Part shown: positions 1 to 13,900 of the stretch, in pieces
How the letters are laid out: every line of letters begins with the position of its first letter
Position numbering within the stretch: the first letter of the stretch is position 1
NCBI GenBank assembly: GCA_951406725.2
Contig: OX597837.1
Span: 24,614,001-24,678,000, forward strand
Origin: Octopus vulgaris
Lineage: Eukaryota
Direction of reading: 5' to 3'
Length of the DNA: 64,000 nucleotides
The notes under the pieces: model-generated
Databases searched by the model: none
What the model saw: only the letters and a program-made list of their open reading frames with translations
Told to the model about the DNA's origin: nothing
Position numbers and translations under genes: made by a program

Positions 1-642
1 ACACCTCAGTAATTTGAAGAAAGAAAGGAAACTGCCAGTACTGTAGACTAGATGAACAATATAACTTGAAAACTAAACTAAGGTGAGGTCACTACAAAAG
101 ATATTCAAACAAATGCCACCATATCAGGGGTATTGTTAATCCAATGCAATAAGGTTCAGAAGGTTTGAAATAAAATAACATCTCAACATCAACATAATTG
201 AAAGGCATTCTGTGGAATGTGTAAAGAAAAGACTGAATGAATAGCTAAATAATGAAAATCAATGAAACAAAACCTATCCTGCAATGTCAACTAATAGGTA
301 TATCATGTAGTGAAAATTGAAAGTGTGTGAGTAATAGTAATAATAAAAAAAAAAACAAGGAACAAACTATCCACTAAAACATAGGATAGGTTTTGCTTAG
401 CTTACAGTACTTGCTATGAGAGTTACCAGAGCTTATCAATACATATTTTCAACTTGTAACCCTATTCCATCAACTATTAACAGAACATGTTCTTATAACT
501 GTGAAGCTATAATACTAACATGAAATCGTACCTTAGCCCCTCCCTCAAAATTGCTGGCCTTGAGCCAAAATTTAAAACTGACATCCTTATTTTCAAAATG
601 TGTCAAGAGTTCAGAATAAAAAAAAATAGTACTTAACACCAA

Positions 643-1037
643 TCTCTCTATGTATATAAAGATGAAGTTGTCTGTGTATGGCAGGTTTGGTAGCCTTCAA
701 CTAACACTATCTCCTCCGAGTCTCTGCGGCACAAGTTGACCAAAATTGAGAGTATGATAGAAGAAGGCTTGCTCTTCCTTCCGTAGAAGAAAAAATTCAA
801 ATTGGACCATGTTAACACCGAAAATTATTTACATCAAAAAGGTGCTTTTTTTTCTATGAAAATCCCTATTTTTTACGATTTTTGGACTGCTGTGACGCCA
901 TTTTACGGTGTATTTCAACCAGAAAAATATTCACTTAAAGAGAATAACAAGCAACATAATGCAAAATTTTTACTTTTCAAAAATTCCAATTCTAAAGGGT
1001 CAAAACAAACCTGAGCAACGCCGGGCGATACTGCTAG
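643..1037 (+). mobile_element. Non-autonomous Helitron
   Basis: A|TC 5' end; 3' end cctgagcaacgccgggcgatactgCTAG|T with a GC-rich subterminal segment; sits in an A/T target without TSD. Confidence 0.75.
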
Positions 1038-1239
1038 TGACAGAATAAAATCCTATCAACTTAAGACAACTGCCACTTTTAATAAATACATTGATTTAGT
1101 AAAACAATATTCATTACAAAATTAATGAAAAATTAGAATTGTAATTTTTATTCAATAATTTACTATATTTGTGTAACATAAGAGCAGCGAAATTCTGTGA
1201 ATAAAAAAGTGGGGGAGGAGACAGATGGGACATGGTGAG

Positions 1240-1810
1240 CTTTCATTTCTGCTAGAGAATTACAGCATCAATATTCCAATGGGAACACTATGTCACTAAC
1301 AAACTCCTGGAAAGACCCAACAATGAAAGCATCGAATCACTGATCATGAAACACAGTTTTCAATAGTGAGGACATGTAACAAGAATGGAAGAGTCAAGGT
1401 TCCCACACAAAGTCTTATTCAGTGAGAACACTTCAGGGAAAAAACCACAAGGTTTCCCTCTTCGAAGATACAAGGACCAACTCAAAACAACACTGAAAGT
1501 CACTGGACTTCAGCATAAATTGTTTGAACACAAGCCTGAGACCATACCAAGTAACAATGTTCCACCACCATCAGAAGCAAAAACTTCAAAACCACCTGAA
1601 GAGAAAAGGAAAAAAAAAAAAAATCAAATGACAGGAGTCAAAGGCTCAACAAAAAAATCAACTTTATTCTCCACCAACATTTCCTTGCAGACAATGCCAT
1701 CAACTCCTCTATGCAAGAATTGGTCTACTTAGTCATCAATTCCATTACCATAACAGAAGCGTTCAGCAAAGAAGAAGCTAAATTCTCGGATAAAAGATAA
1801 AGCCGCAGCC
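1240..1810 (+). mobile_element. RTE (BovB-like) LINE 3' relic
   Basis: MEESRFPHKVLFSE..SGKKPQG.P.RRYKDQLKTTLK. Confidence 0.65.
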
Positions 1811-2084
1811 ACCAACAGCTCTATGAATTAAAGAAGTCACTTCTTTCATAAACGAAAAATTGTACAATTACCAATAGGCTTCAGTGTTCCTTTAATAAGA
1901 CAATCTAAGGATCATTGTATCTTGGAAGTATATAACATGGTATTTCACTTTCTGTATTCAAAAATACACATTAACTTAGAACTACTAAGTCTGTTGGTTC
2001 CACTTAAGGAGAGAAATGGAAACAAATGACATCAAAAAGGGCTTTTCTTTACTAAGACGATATATGTCAAGAAACCTGGACATA

Positions 2085-2253
2085 GGCGCAGGAGTGGCTG
2101 TGTGGTAAGTAGCTTGTTTACCAACCCCATGGTTCCGGGTTCGGTCCCACTGCGTGGCACCTTGGGCAAGTGTCTTCTACTATAGTCTCGGACCGACCAA
2201 AGCCTTGTGAGTGGATTTGGTAGACGGAAACTGAAAGAAGCCCGTCGTATATA

Positions 2254-2295
<42 letters not shown>

Positions 2296-2305
2296 TGTGT
2301 GTGTG

Positions 2306-2343
<38 letters not shown>

Positions 2344-2557
2344 TGTGTGTGTTTGTGTGTCTGTGTTTGTCCCCCTAGCATTGCTTGACAACCGATGCTG
2401 GTGTGTTTATGTCCCCGTTACTTGGCGGTTCGGCAAAAGAGACCGATAGAATAAGTACTGGGCTTACAAAAAGAATAAGTCCTGGGGTCGAGTTGCTCGA
2501 TTAAAGGCGGCGCTCCAGCATGACCGCAGTCAAATGACTGAAACAAGTAAAAGAGTA
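2085..2557 (+). mobile_element. tRNA-derived SINE family A (CORE-like, central microsatellite)
   Basis: A box tggctgtgtgg, B box ggttcggtccc, accttgggcaag segment, internal (TA)/(TG)n, tail gtaaaagag. Confidence 0.88.
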
Positions 2558-2591
2558 TGCTTTCACAGTGGACAGCAAGCATGTAGATACA

Positions 2592-2962
2592 TACTGGACA
2601 AAGCAAAAATAATGGTCATTACATATTTTCCTTTATTGTAGTAAATTTGACTTACAGCTGTTTTCAGTAGTCATTGGTATGTTATTGACAGATTTACTCA
2701 ATTGACCCACTGATCAGTTGAGAAAAATTGAACAACCTAGAAAATTAATGTTACTTTTGTCAGTCATTTCTGGTTATAACCAGAAATAACCGACAAGAGT
2801 AACATTCATTTTGTAGGTCATTCAACTTTTCTCAACCGATCAATGGGCTAACTGAGTAAATCTCAACAACAAACCTATAATGACTACTGGAAATAGCTGT
2901 AAGTCATATTTACTACAACAAAGAAAAATATGTAAGAACCATTATTTATGCCTTGTTCTGCA
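2592..2962. repeat. ~370-bp loop-less imperfect palindrome (fold-back element)
   Basis: Centre tttctggtta|taaccagaaa at 2776/2777; the arms stay reverse-complementary for ~185 bp each. Confidence 0.85.
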
Positions 2963-3148
2963 CATTACTCTGAGTGAAAACCAGTATAACTGGAGCACAA
3001 CCACAGATTCACAATATGGAATGTTGATCAACTGTAACCTCAAACCCTGCTGAGTTCTTTACTAATCTATACAATACTGTTAGTCTGGTGTACTAGCAGA
3101 GAGCTTATAAAGTACCTTTTCCTGGACTGATAATCCCTCATTAATAAA

Positions 3149-3200
<52 letters not shown>

Positions 3201-3602
3201 ACACATGTACATACATACATATACACACAGAGACAAAATTATATATACATAGACAAGAGCAAGAGGCAGATTGTACAATGCTTGTGTATGACCAGCAATG
3301 CTATATGGTTGTTAAACTTCGGCTGTGAACAGAGGATATGCGAAGACCAGAAAGAAATGAAACTAGTATGCTCTACTGGATGTGCAATGCCACTGAGCAT
3401 GTACGACAAAGTACAAATGCATGGAGACAAAAATTGAGCATAAGATGCATCAGATGTGGTGTGCAAGAGAGAAAATAGCACTAGCATGGTCATGTGATGC
3501 AGATAGATATGGACAACTGTATAAAGAAATGCTGATCGCTAAACATGGAAGGAGCTTATGGAATAAAGAGACCCAGGAAGATGTGGACTGTGAAGACTGA
3601 TC

Positions 3603-4460
3603 TCAAGCATGCTCCATATAGTAATCCAAGGGATTACAATCGAAAGAACGAGGCCAGAAATTGAGGCTGGTGAAGTCATAGGAATTCTCCAACAACCTGT
3701 TCTGACTCTTCCCAGAAGTATAGCTAAGAGCCAAATCCTGCTGCCACACATATGGCCTTCTAGCAGCAATCCTCTCTAGCCAGGGTTTGACCACAATCTC
3801 CAGAAGCTTCACATGACCATCTGAATTGAGCTTAATCGAGCCAGTTCGGAGATGTGGGCAGTATAACATCACCATCACAGTTTGAGAGAGCTTAATTTCC
3901 ATGATATGTGGGACACCACGTGGATAGCAGGCATGCTTGTTGCTCTGGATGTTGTGCAACTGGTCCTGGCAAATGTTCTCTTCATAAAAGAACCAGATCA
4001 TCCCTGGCTCAACGGCATACCTCAGCTTATTCAAGAGTTTCTTTGCCTTTTATCAAGCACTTCTTGGCCATCAGAATTTGCCCCTTGTACCTCTTGTACA
4101 AGTAGTTGCGAAGGCCCTTGTTCAGAACCAGCTTCATGATGGTTACTCCAACACTCATCTTTCTTGCTAAAGCCCAGATTATCTTGCTTGGATCTTCCAT
4201 CACCTTGCCCTGCAGATGCATTCAGAATGCCTGCTGTGTCCCATCCAGCTGGGCACAACTTTGCAGTTTCTGTTGCAGATATCCATGTCATATCATACAG
4301 TCTTCACACTGTTTAAAGAGCATTGAACAGTAGTTATGATGCCGGTAATTTGATACTTGACACAAATAACCATGATAGAGATAACTCTTTTCTAATATTC
4401 AAATGGTTTCCAGTCCTCCATGTCAGTTAATTTTTCTCTACTACAACTTTAACCTTTATG
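3603..4460 (-). mobile_element. Tc1/mariner maT (DD37D)-type transposase relic
   Basis: VWQQD...SQNRLLEN..F....FWPRSFDCNPLDYY; D-to-D spacing is 36 here and 37 in the second copy. Confidence 0.75.
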
Positions 4461-4675
4461 CAAACACACAGGTATATATATATATACATAGGTATACAAA
4501 GCTAGGGATAGATGGTTAGTGATAGCAGTGTAAGTCTATAAGGTGATGAACTAAAAGGAAATTTCAAGTGTGGAAGCAAGGTCTGGAATCTAAGGGCCTA
4601 ATAGTTAATTTAGCTAAGACCAAAGTCCTAGTAAGTAGGAAAACAATGTGTAGTTGCTAAAACAGGCTATTCATA

Positions 4676-5450
4676 GTGGCTCTTTCACGCATGACCTCAG
4701 CTTCTCAGATTGCCATCATTGCTAACTATGCAGACGATACTGAACCGTGGAGATATTGCACACCTACAAACAGAAGTTGGACGCAATACACAGGTGAGCT
4801 GAAGACAACAACATGCAGTTTAATGCAAGAAAATTCCAAGCCCTGCACTACCAGCATAAAAAGCTGAATGAAATGCAGATTGGATGCACTGACCCAGACG
4901 GAATTGTAATCCCTGAATCAAAATCAGTACACTGACGCAAGTACTAAGTTGGCAATAAAAGTCAGACAGCTAGCCAGATATGTCCTAAGAACTTTCAAAA
5001 CGAAAGAACAAGAAATCATGATCCTCTGGAGGACATATGTCCTCAGCTGCTTAGACTACTACTCCCAACTATGGTCACCACACAGTGTAAAATTAACAGT
5101 GGAACTTGAAGCAACCCAGTGAAGCTACCTAAAGATCATCTCAATGCAACATGTCAGCTACTGGGAAAGGCTGAAAAAGTTAAGACTACTTCCTAGAATG
5201 AAGGCAGAAAAGATATAGTGCCAAAGATTCCAACATAGCCATCAAGAATTAGGACTAGATACTGCAAAAGCTTGGGTTTCAAGGACCCACAGCTTTTCAA
5301 TATCCTCCTAGAAAGCCTGAGAAACTTGCATGGTGTGGATGTAGGTGTCTTCAAAATAAAACTGGATCTCTTCCTGTCAAAAGTTCCGGATGAGTTTACC
5401 TCATGACAGAAAACACAGATGAGGGCAGCAGACTTGAACTCCCTCATTGC
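4676..5450 (+). mobile_element. CR1-group LINE relic
   Basis: YADDT, NNMQFNARKFQ, LDYYSQLWSP, SYWERLKKL, FKIKLDLFLSKVPDE across frames. Confidence 0.75.
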
Positions 5451-6679
5451 AGAGGAGGTTTCAAGTAGTGAAAATGTAGCAAAGCTAACAGCAGTGCTCC
5501 AGCATGGCTGCAGTTCTAGTGGTGGTGAAGTGACTAGGTGGCTCCTCAAGGTACAAGGTGAGCAGGAGTGAGTGGGAAACAGAGAAACTATAGTTATGTA
5601 TTACATTTATCCTTGCTTCTAAGACGTTTCATGATATTTGCTAATTACTCATTGTGAGCTGGATACAGGATCTGCAAATGGAGGCCATCAACAAATTCTA
5701 GCTGTCATTCAGAATCATGAATGAGTTGGTAGCTTGTACAATGGTTTCACTAATTTAGTTGTCTATGTAATTCCAAGCTGATATATACACCATCTCATTC
5801 CTCACTCTAGCAGAGCATTCAGGATGTAGCGGCTGAAAATAAAAAGGGCTACACAAGCACTTGGCAGGCACACAATGTCAACTCAGTAGACAGGAGCAAT
5901 GTGAAATGAAGCGCCTTGTTCAAGGACACAACCTGCTATCCAATCCAGGAAATCAAACTAACAACCTTAAAATTGTTAGCCCAACATCCTAACAACTACG
6001 TCATGCACCATATGTTGAATAATCTACCAAATGAGATGATATTTTTCTGCATCATAATATCTTTGTGTTACCAGTTTTCCCAATGATGAACTCATTACAA
6101 CAGTCAATGATTGTAGCTTACTAAGTGCAGGTATCTCAAGATTTCTGAACAACAAACATACAGAATGTTTTTCCAAGAGTATCCTTTCTGAAAGATAAGT
6201 TTCCAAAATGTTTCAATGGAATTTCTTCTAAATATCATTCATCTTTTCTGTCTCTAACCAATGCTAAGTACACTTTGCTTTTGAATCCATATATCATGAA
6301 TTCTTGTCAAAACAAGGGCTTGTGTTTAATTACAATCCTTGTAGCTGTTTTTACCTTAAAATTCCTGCTTTGCTATAAATGTTTTTCATCAGTTTTATTT
6401 TTATCCCCTTGTAACAATATTTCATCACCATCTTGTCTTCTTAGGTAATTGAACTACAAATATATTTGTCAAATTAATTTCCTTCCTTCCTTCTAAAATC
6501 TCTTGCTTTACAACTCCATGACAGCACTATCTGAATCCCGTCAGAGAGTTTTGAAACAGCAATGTCAATACTAAGGATTTTAATAAGGAAAATTATTTCA
6601 AGCACTCAATGAAGAATGTCATATTGATTTATCTGATTATGAAATTGAAGAGAGGGACAGAATGGTAAGAAATGCTTAA

Positions 6680-6900
6680 CCCTTTTGTTACCATACTTTC
6701 ATTGAAAATACACTGCTTTTGTTTCAATTATTTTGAAAATAATGAAGAATTTAATAATATAATTATAGCATTATTAATCTAGTTTTCGGAATTTAGATGA
6801 ACATAAAATATTGATGGAAGATTTTAATTTAGATCATTTTAAAACAAAGCTTGTATCATAGAACTAGGGACAGTTTCAAATGGGTGGGCATCAAAACAGC
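6680..6900. mobile_element. TTAA-target MITE, family 1, older copy
   Basis: TTAA|cccttttgttacca start; body homologous to 8712-8935; right TIR decayed. Confidence 0.6.
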
Positions 6901-7740
6901 TTATAGTATCAAATTTATAATACTGAGTTAATGTTGGTGTTTGGATCCAAATCATATGCCAATTATTATAAGTGATTTCCCTTTTTCATGTTGGTCCCAA
7001 TCATTATCTACCACAAGATTCAAGACAAGAAGATTAACTACCATTTTTTTGCCTCTTGACATGTAATCTTAACAATTTCTTAGTTGATACAGACTGAAAT
7101 AAAATTGATGTGTGGAACCATTAAAACAGACTAGAATTTATAATGAGTACTCACAACCTTTAATTTTCTGAAGCAACAATATCTTCATGATAATATAGCA
7201 ATTATCAAGAATAATCAATTATTGAAACTCAGATTAATATATTGGTGGTAGATTTTACAATACCAGTCTTATGAACAGATTGTTTAATGACCTTGATGCA
7301 GTACTTTCATATGAAAAAACACTCCAATCCAACAAGAAATAGATGACAAATTATGAATCCCTATGTAATGGAGAACTATCAAATTATGTTCTATGTATAT
7401 GAAGGTATTCAGGGATAGGCTAACATTCTGTCAAATATGTGCCTGTAAAGCCAACCAAACAGAAGGTAACAGTTTGGTTTATATGCTAAAGTTTAATATG
7501 ATTTCAAAAGTAAGTTATATGAACTCGGTAACAATATAGTTTAGAATCTCTAGACCTTCTCAGAATCAAGATTTTTAATTGTCACCTGGAAGCCATGAAG
7601 TCACAGTTGTTGAACAACATTATGAAGAACAGAAGATCTTCCAAGAAAAAATTAAAGATGCTACACCAGAACAACAAGAAAAAAAACCTTGTTCCTACAT
7701 TTAGAAACAGCAAATAACATTCCTTTTTTTTTCTACATAC

Positions 7741-8105
7741 GCAAGCATGGCTGTATGATAAAAAGCTTGTTTCCCAACCACATGGTTCTGGGTTCAGTTC
7801 CACTGCATGGCACCATGGGTAAGTGTCTTCTACTATAGCCTTGTGAATGGATTTGGTAGACAGAAACAAAGCCTGTCTACATGTATAAATACACACATTT
7901 GTGTGTGTGTGTCACCCTGCAATTGCTTAACAACCGATGTTGGGTTTCTACGTACCTGTAACTTAGTGGTTCAGCAAAATAGACTGATAGAATAAGTATG
8001 AGGCTTACAAAGAACAAGTACTGGGGTCAATTTCTGTGACTAAAAAAACAAAAAACTATAAGGCAGTGCTCCAGCATAGCCTATCAAATGATTGAAACAA
8101 GTAGA
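7741..8105 (+). mobile_element. SINE family A, degenerate
   Basis: Colinear with 2085-2557. Confidence 0.75.
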
Positions 8106-8711
8106 AAAATACAAAGACTTTAATGCTAACATAGGTAGAGTAGATCACATATCTTACTGTAAAAGCTGGAGGTACAGTGTAAAACATGATTTAGGGGTAC
8201 TTAATTCTATACTGCATGCTTTGTATTTAAAGCAACAAACCAAAAAAAAAAATGCTTAAATTCATAGTGTTAATTTAAAGAAACACAGCAAATTTACCAT
8301 TTTAAATGGAAATTCTAAATGTAAACAAGGCTTTATGGCAAAAACTTACATTCTATATTTCAAAACAATCAGCAGACTTTCTTTTAGAAAACAACAGGTG
8401 CAAATACTGATGGGATACTGGTCTCACAGCTAAGTGAAACCATAATCGTAGCCAGTGCCAGTGATACATGAAAGGCACCCATGCTGGTAACACACAAATG
8501 GCACCCATGCCAGTGTCACATAAAAGTCACCCAGTATACTCTGTAGAGAGGCTGGCATTAAGGACATCCAGCTGTAGAAACCAAACCAAAAAAAGACTGG
8601 AGTTTGGTGCAGCTCTCTGGCTTACAAGTCCTAGTCAAACCAGTTTACCCATGCCATCATAGAAAATGGACACCAGGTGGTGGTGGTGGTGATGATGATG
8701 ACAAACTTTAA

Positions 8712-8935
8712 CCCTTTTGTTACCATGTTTCTGTTGAGATGCTCTGTGTTTCTTTTGTTTAACTTTAAAATATAACAAAGAATTTAGTAAAATAACTTAG
8801 TTATCATCAAGCTAGTGTTAGGAACATAAATTGTGACTAAGTTTTTGGTGGAAGATTTTAATTCATAACTTTTGAAAACAAGAGATTTGTACTACAGAGC
8901 CAGAGGCAGTTTCAGCTGGGTTGGTATCAAAAGAG
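8712..8935. mobile_element. TTAA-target (piggyBac-type) MITE, family 1
   Basis: TTAA|cccttttgttacca ... tggtatcaaaagag|TTAA; the TIR resembles that of the 42910 element. Confidence 0.75.
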
Positions 8936-9219
8936 TTAAGCTGGAAAACTTCACTAAAGCTATGAGGTATGAACAATTTTTAATTTTTTACAATTCCACA
9001 AGTAAAAGCATTCTTTCACTAAGTAAAATTGCTCATGGGTCTTGATAGAAAAGCATGCAGAATGTTATTTGTATGCTTTGTTACTTTAAAGCAACACTGC
9101 ATTCTGGCATAATTATAAGCTGAAAGTGATTGAATGTACAAATTGAGAATTTCAGCTTTTTCTGAGCAACTTTATAAAGCCTTGCAATATCATCACCTTT
9201 CAAATGAACTGCAGCAGTT

Positions 9220-10883
9220 TCTATGGTAAAAAGAAAGTACTTCCTCTCATTGCACAAAAGCTACCACACATTCCACCACTGAATGTATCAGAGGAAAGTG
9301 AATTGTCATCTGACAGTAATTATAATAATGATGAGTATGTTACACAGCAAAACATTGAAAATGAAACAGAGTTTTAAAAAATCAAATATGCTAATCAATG
9401 TAACCCTGACACTCCACTCAATTTGACAAGAGCTGAGCTGGAACAATTTTTTTAAATTCTTTATGTGACAAGTCCAATTGCCAGTGTTGTAACTAAATCA
9501 TTTCGAAAAAAAATTGAGTTTTTACACTCCAATGACAATCTGGCTTGTCCTTAAGACTGAACAGATAGATTGTACAAGGTTAGACTGTTGACCCCTTGAA
9601 AAAGAAGTTTGCTGAAATTAACCCATGTGAAAGGTGATGCATTAACAAGGAAATGCTTCTTTTCAAAGGTAAATCTGAAATCAAGTAACATAACCTCCAG
9701 AAACTAAAAAGAGTTGCATGTATTGTCAGAAATAGATGGACTTGAAGTCTACACTGGTGCAGTTGGAACCTACCCAAATCAACCAGACTTAAAAGGAAAT
9801 ATTGTGATGATATTGCTGCAAAATATACCAAGAAACAAATGGCACAAACTGTATTTCAACAACTGGTGTACAGGTGTTCATCCTGTAAAGACCTTACATG
9901 AACAGGGTATAGCATGTGTTGGTACAGCACATGCTAACCATTTCCCTTGTTGTAACCTGTCATCAGATGCAGTATTAAAGAAAAAAGGTAGTGGCCAACC
10001 AAATTTAATGGTGTAGAGTCACATACAGTAAATTGGTTTGATAACAGTGGTGTTATTCTGTTACCAACATATTACGCAGTCAATCCAACCCTTTAAGTCT
10101 CCAGATTTGACAGAAAAGAAAAGTGTTGCATAACCATCTCATGCCATTCAATTGTTAACATGTACAACAAATTTATGGGTAAAATAGATTTACAGAAAAA
10201 AAAAATTGTACTACTGACTTATTTTCCACTTTCCCAATGAGATTGTGGTACAATCATGACATATTTGATGTAATGAATCTGAGAAGGCATCAAATATAAA
10301 ACTTAGATTTCAAGATGAGAATTTGAGTCACTTGTGAGTTCAGGTAAATCCAAGTCAGCCAAAAAGAGGATACCCGCCACTAAGCAAAGTGGAAAGACAT
10401 ACTGGCCAAAAGTCCAGAGGATCAACAACTCCAATGCCAAATAGTCAATCCACATGGATGGTATAGATCACTGGCCCCAGTATATGGAAAGCAGTAAAAA
10501 AGGGTAGATGTAATAAACCAGATTGAGTCAATTGCAAGAGTTATCTGTGGCAATGCAAACTCAAATTGTTTCAAGCACTTTCAAGCTGAATAAAAGCATT
10601 TCCAAACGACTACAGCTTTTGTTTTTCCATATATCAAGCAGACACTTTTTATTGTCCTTGTGTTTTTAGATAGCCTTGAAGTGATAATAAATTACGTTTC
10701 AAGTATCTAATTATGTCTTTATTTGCCTTCTTTACATAATGTTGTTTTAAATTAACTAAGCCCAAAATATTCACACTAACGTAAAAATTTGCAAAGATTC
10801 ATTTTCCAGTTATGGATTTTGATGGGTTTTTCAGTAAAAATCATTTTTTTGTATATGGCCTTAATAATTCATGCAATACAGGG
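9220..10883 (+). mobile_element. Degenerate piggyBac (PGBD-type) transposase relic
   Basis: Fragments KLYFNNW...GIACVGTA..N, VNWFDNSGV, MYNKFMG; GGG-TTAA right end at 10881-10887; many stops and frameshifts; left end not located. Confidence 0.75.
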
Positions 10884-12439
10884 TTAATGTCTGAAATTCC
10901 AAGTCGATAGAAAGCTGAAATATTAGCATTATTGAACTGATGTTACCTATAAACTTCATGCCAGCTTTATTGGAAAGAACATCAGATCCAATGCCAAAAA
11001 CAATAATCAGAAGATTAATTTACATAATTCAATTTGAATAAAAAGAACAGGACAAATAGAGATTACCATTTAGTAGGACTAATCAAAGCATCATGTGAAG
11101 TGAAATGTTAGATGAATTTTGAGGGATTCGGTCCTGACAACTGATTTACTTCAGTCTTTATGGAAAGATCACAATTTGAATTTAAAAAATATCCAATGAT
11201 TGGACAAGTCCATAAACAGCATATTACCACTCCACTGACTACTGTATTACCTTATCTGTGTTACCCAACAATCTTATAGCTAACCTTACTTCTTCCTTTA
11301 CGTTCTATTGTCATGATACAGTACCACCAAGCAGGTACTTGCAATTCACAAGATAATCAGAGCAATCCAGGTGGTACCTTATCTATTCACAGCTGGCTGG
11401 TATTACCTTTATTGCCCAGCAAAACAGTTTATGCAAATCAACTTTAAAAGCAGTACAAAGTTCAACCCTCCTTGAACACTTTATAAGGATCATTTTTATA
11501 TAAAGCCGAGGTGTTAGTTAATTAACTAAATATGATACACAAACACGGCTGTAATGATTAATACTGAATCCACTTAACCCAACAAGTTATGTAGATTAAT
11601 TTTACAAAAGACTAAAAATGTTAGCAAGAGAAAATGCACATATTAAAATTCCATCTTTCAATGACTGTACACAAATTATATTTATCACAGTGGTTAAAAA
11701 CCAAAATATTTCTTGTCATTTTTTAAGACAATGAGCAAGACATCATTCAAAATAGCACCTCAGCTAAGCAAATTAAATAATAAAAATACATAGTAAATAG
11801 TATTACATCCCTGTTAGAACTGTGTCTTATCGTTGTTTTACATTTGATATTTCCTTGATGGTTTGGATTGAAAGGATTTTGTGAGGCAGTGTTTTACAGT
11901 GAGAAGCCCTTATTTTAGTTGACCCTTACAACAGCAAGGGATGTGTACCTGTTCTAAAACTGGAATACATATATGGAACCAAATGAAGTTCATACATTGT
12001 TTTACAATGAAAAAAAAAAACAAATATTAATAATCCAAAGCAAATTCATATAAAACTATCTAAAGAAAAAACCTATAAAAAAAATTACAGAATTCATAAC
12101 TTGAGTCATAATTCAAAGCTCTATACAAAGACGTGCCTTTCATTAGTTTACATATAAATGGTAAGTTCCAATTATTCTATAATTTTCTGGAGATAATTTG
12201 GATACCAATAGTTGAGAGGAAATGGATAGTGCAGATTTGAAAGAAGAAAAGTGAAACAAATGAAGAGAAACGGAGAGTCAGTTACCAAAATTAAGTTACA
12301 GGCCCAATTTAAAAGTAGCAAAACCGTAAGATAATGGTTCATAGTACACTAAATATATCACAATGAAAATCTAGGTATACTACATATTTTTAAAACTATA
12401 ATTTAAGGCTTTATAAAATCTATTTATACTGGAACGTTT

Positions 12440-12700
12440 GCAGCTTAGTGGTTGGAGTATTTGGCCAACAATCGTAAGGTTGGGACTTCAATTCTTGGCC
12501 ATGCATTGTGTCATTGAGCAAAACACTATTTCACATTCCTCCAGTCTGCTCAGCTGGCGAAAACGAATAGTACCTGCATTTCAAGGGGCCAACCATGCCA
12601 TATTCTGTATCATGCTGAATCTCCCCAAGAACTATTTTATGGGTACGCATGCATGGAGTGCTCAGCCACTTGCACATTAATTTCACGAACAGGCTGTTAC
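12440..12700 (+). mobile_element. tRNA-derived SINE family C (CORE-like)
   Basis: gcttagtggtt A box and gtgtcattgagcaaaacact segment; minus-strand relatives at 5880-6010 and 41165-41350. Confidence 0.65.
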
Positions 12701-13002
12701 ATTATCTTGAACATGTTATAATTTTGTTAGACACAAATATGATTGATAAAACATGAGCAATAGCTTCCTACAATTTTTTTCTAAACTTTTCACTTTAAAA
12801 TAGTTTTTAACTTTCCAAGTGCATCGGTAATTTTTTGCTTGATCTCAAGCATGGAATAACTCGAAGATTAATTTTTTTTTTTTAAATCAGTTCTTAAGTT
12901 TTGCAAATTAAACTGACCAGCAAAATATTTCATTGGTTACTTTTAATATCAACAAAATCAACTATCACTCCAAAAATACACTAATTCTTAACATTTTCTT
13001 TA

Positions 13003-13295
13003 TCTCTCTCTATATAAACGGCAGTTTGTCTGTGCGTTTTCTGTGTGTCTGTTTTCTCGTACCCTCACTCTGACCACGGCTTTATTCTGATGAAACTTAT
13101 ATATCATAATTCAAAACTAACGCAGCGAAAATTTTGAAAAGTTCCCCAGTTCTGAAAAAAATCGATAAATTACATGGGGTCGAGAATGAGAAACCCAAAC
13201 CACAGACCGTCTAGGGGGCAACTCCACCTGGCTATAACTCTCTAAAAATGCTTTATAGTTATACAAACCTGAGCAACGCCGGGCGATACTGCTAG
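13003..13295 (+). mobile_element. Non-autonomous Helitron (internal-deletion derivative of the 57789 copy)
   Basis: A|TCTCTCTCTATATAAACGGCAG start, same 3' gcaacgccgggcgatactgCTAG|T end. Confidence 0.78.
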
Positions 13296-13441
13296 TATAT
13301 ATATATATATATAGAAGAAATTTATTGGATGGTTTATATTTACAGATATTTATTTGTATATTACATTTTATACATCATATAACTTAGATCATGTATTAGC
13401 GCTTTCTCCCATTCAAGTGGGGTTTTCAAATCAAACTAAGT

Positions 13442-13494
<53 letters not shown>

Positions 13495-13519
13495 TTTCCT
13501 CACTTAAACTCTATTCAAT

Positions 13520-13900
13520 TATTTCAGTGATAACAAGAGACAGTGTCAATGACATTCCAAACAGATAAGAGTTCAACATCTGTAAAACCATCATTTGCAG
13601 GAAAATTTGCAAGTGAGCTCATTTGGAACTGGTATAAAACTAGCAAATCTAGAGGAACAGAAGCCATCATAGTGTCAGTACACGGTGAAAAGTGGCTGTG
13701 GACTTGTTAAGTACATGTGTGTACATGTAATTTATCAATTAGTTGGTTGGCCTTTTTGAGGATGTGCAACCACAGCATTGTCCCAGATGTGGGAGCAATA
13801 TTTCATCTTGAGTTGTAGTTGAGTTTCATAAAAGGTCAGCAACTGTTCAGAGCTGACGAATTTTCTGGTCTCTAGTTCAAGATGTAGTTTTAGTCATGCT
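13520..13900 (-). mobile_element. Highly decayed CR1/Jockey-type LINE fragment
   Basis: Minus-strand LLTFYETQ...MKYCSHIWD resembles the LY..Q.RP.MEYCSH.W thumb motif. Confidence 0.5.

Noticed and set aside
2085-2160. tRNA genes at SINE heads (also 60400-60469)
   Set aside because: A and B boxes are present, but there is no complete cloverleaf and each continues into a SINE body.
6024-6206. 60-aa minus-strand ORF
   Set aside because: No motif or convincing splice sites; bounded by stops.
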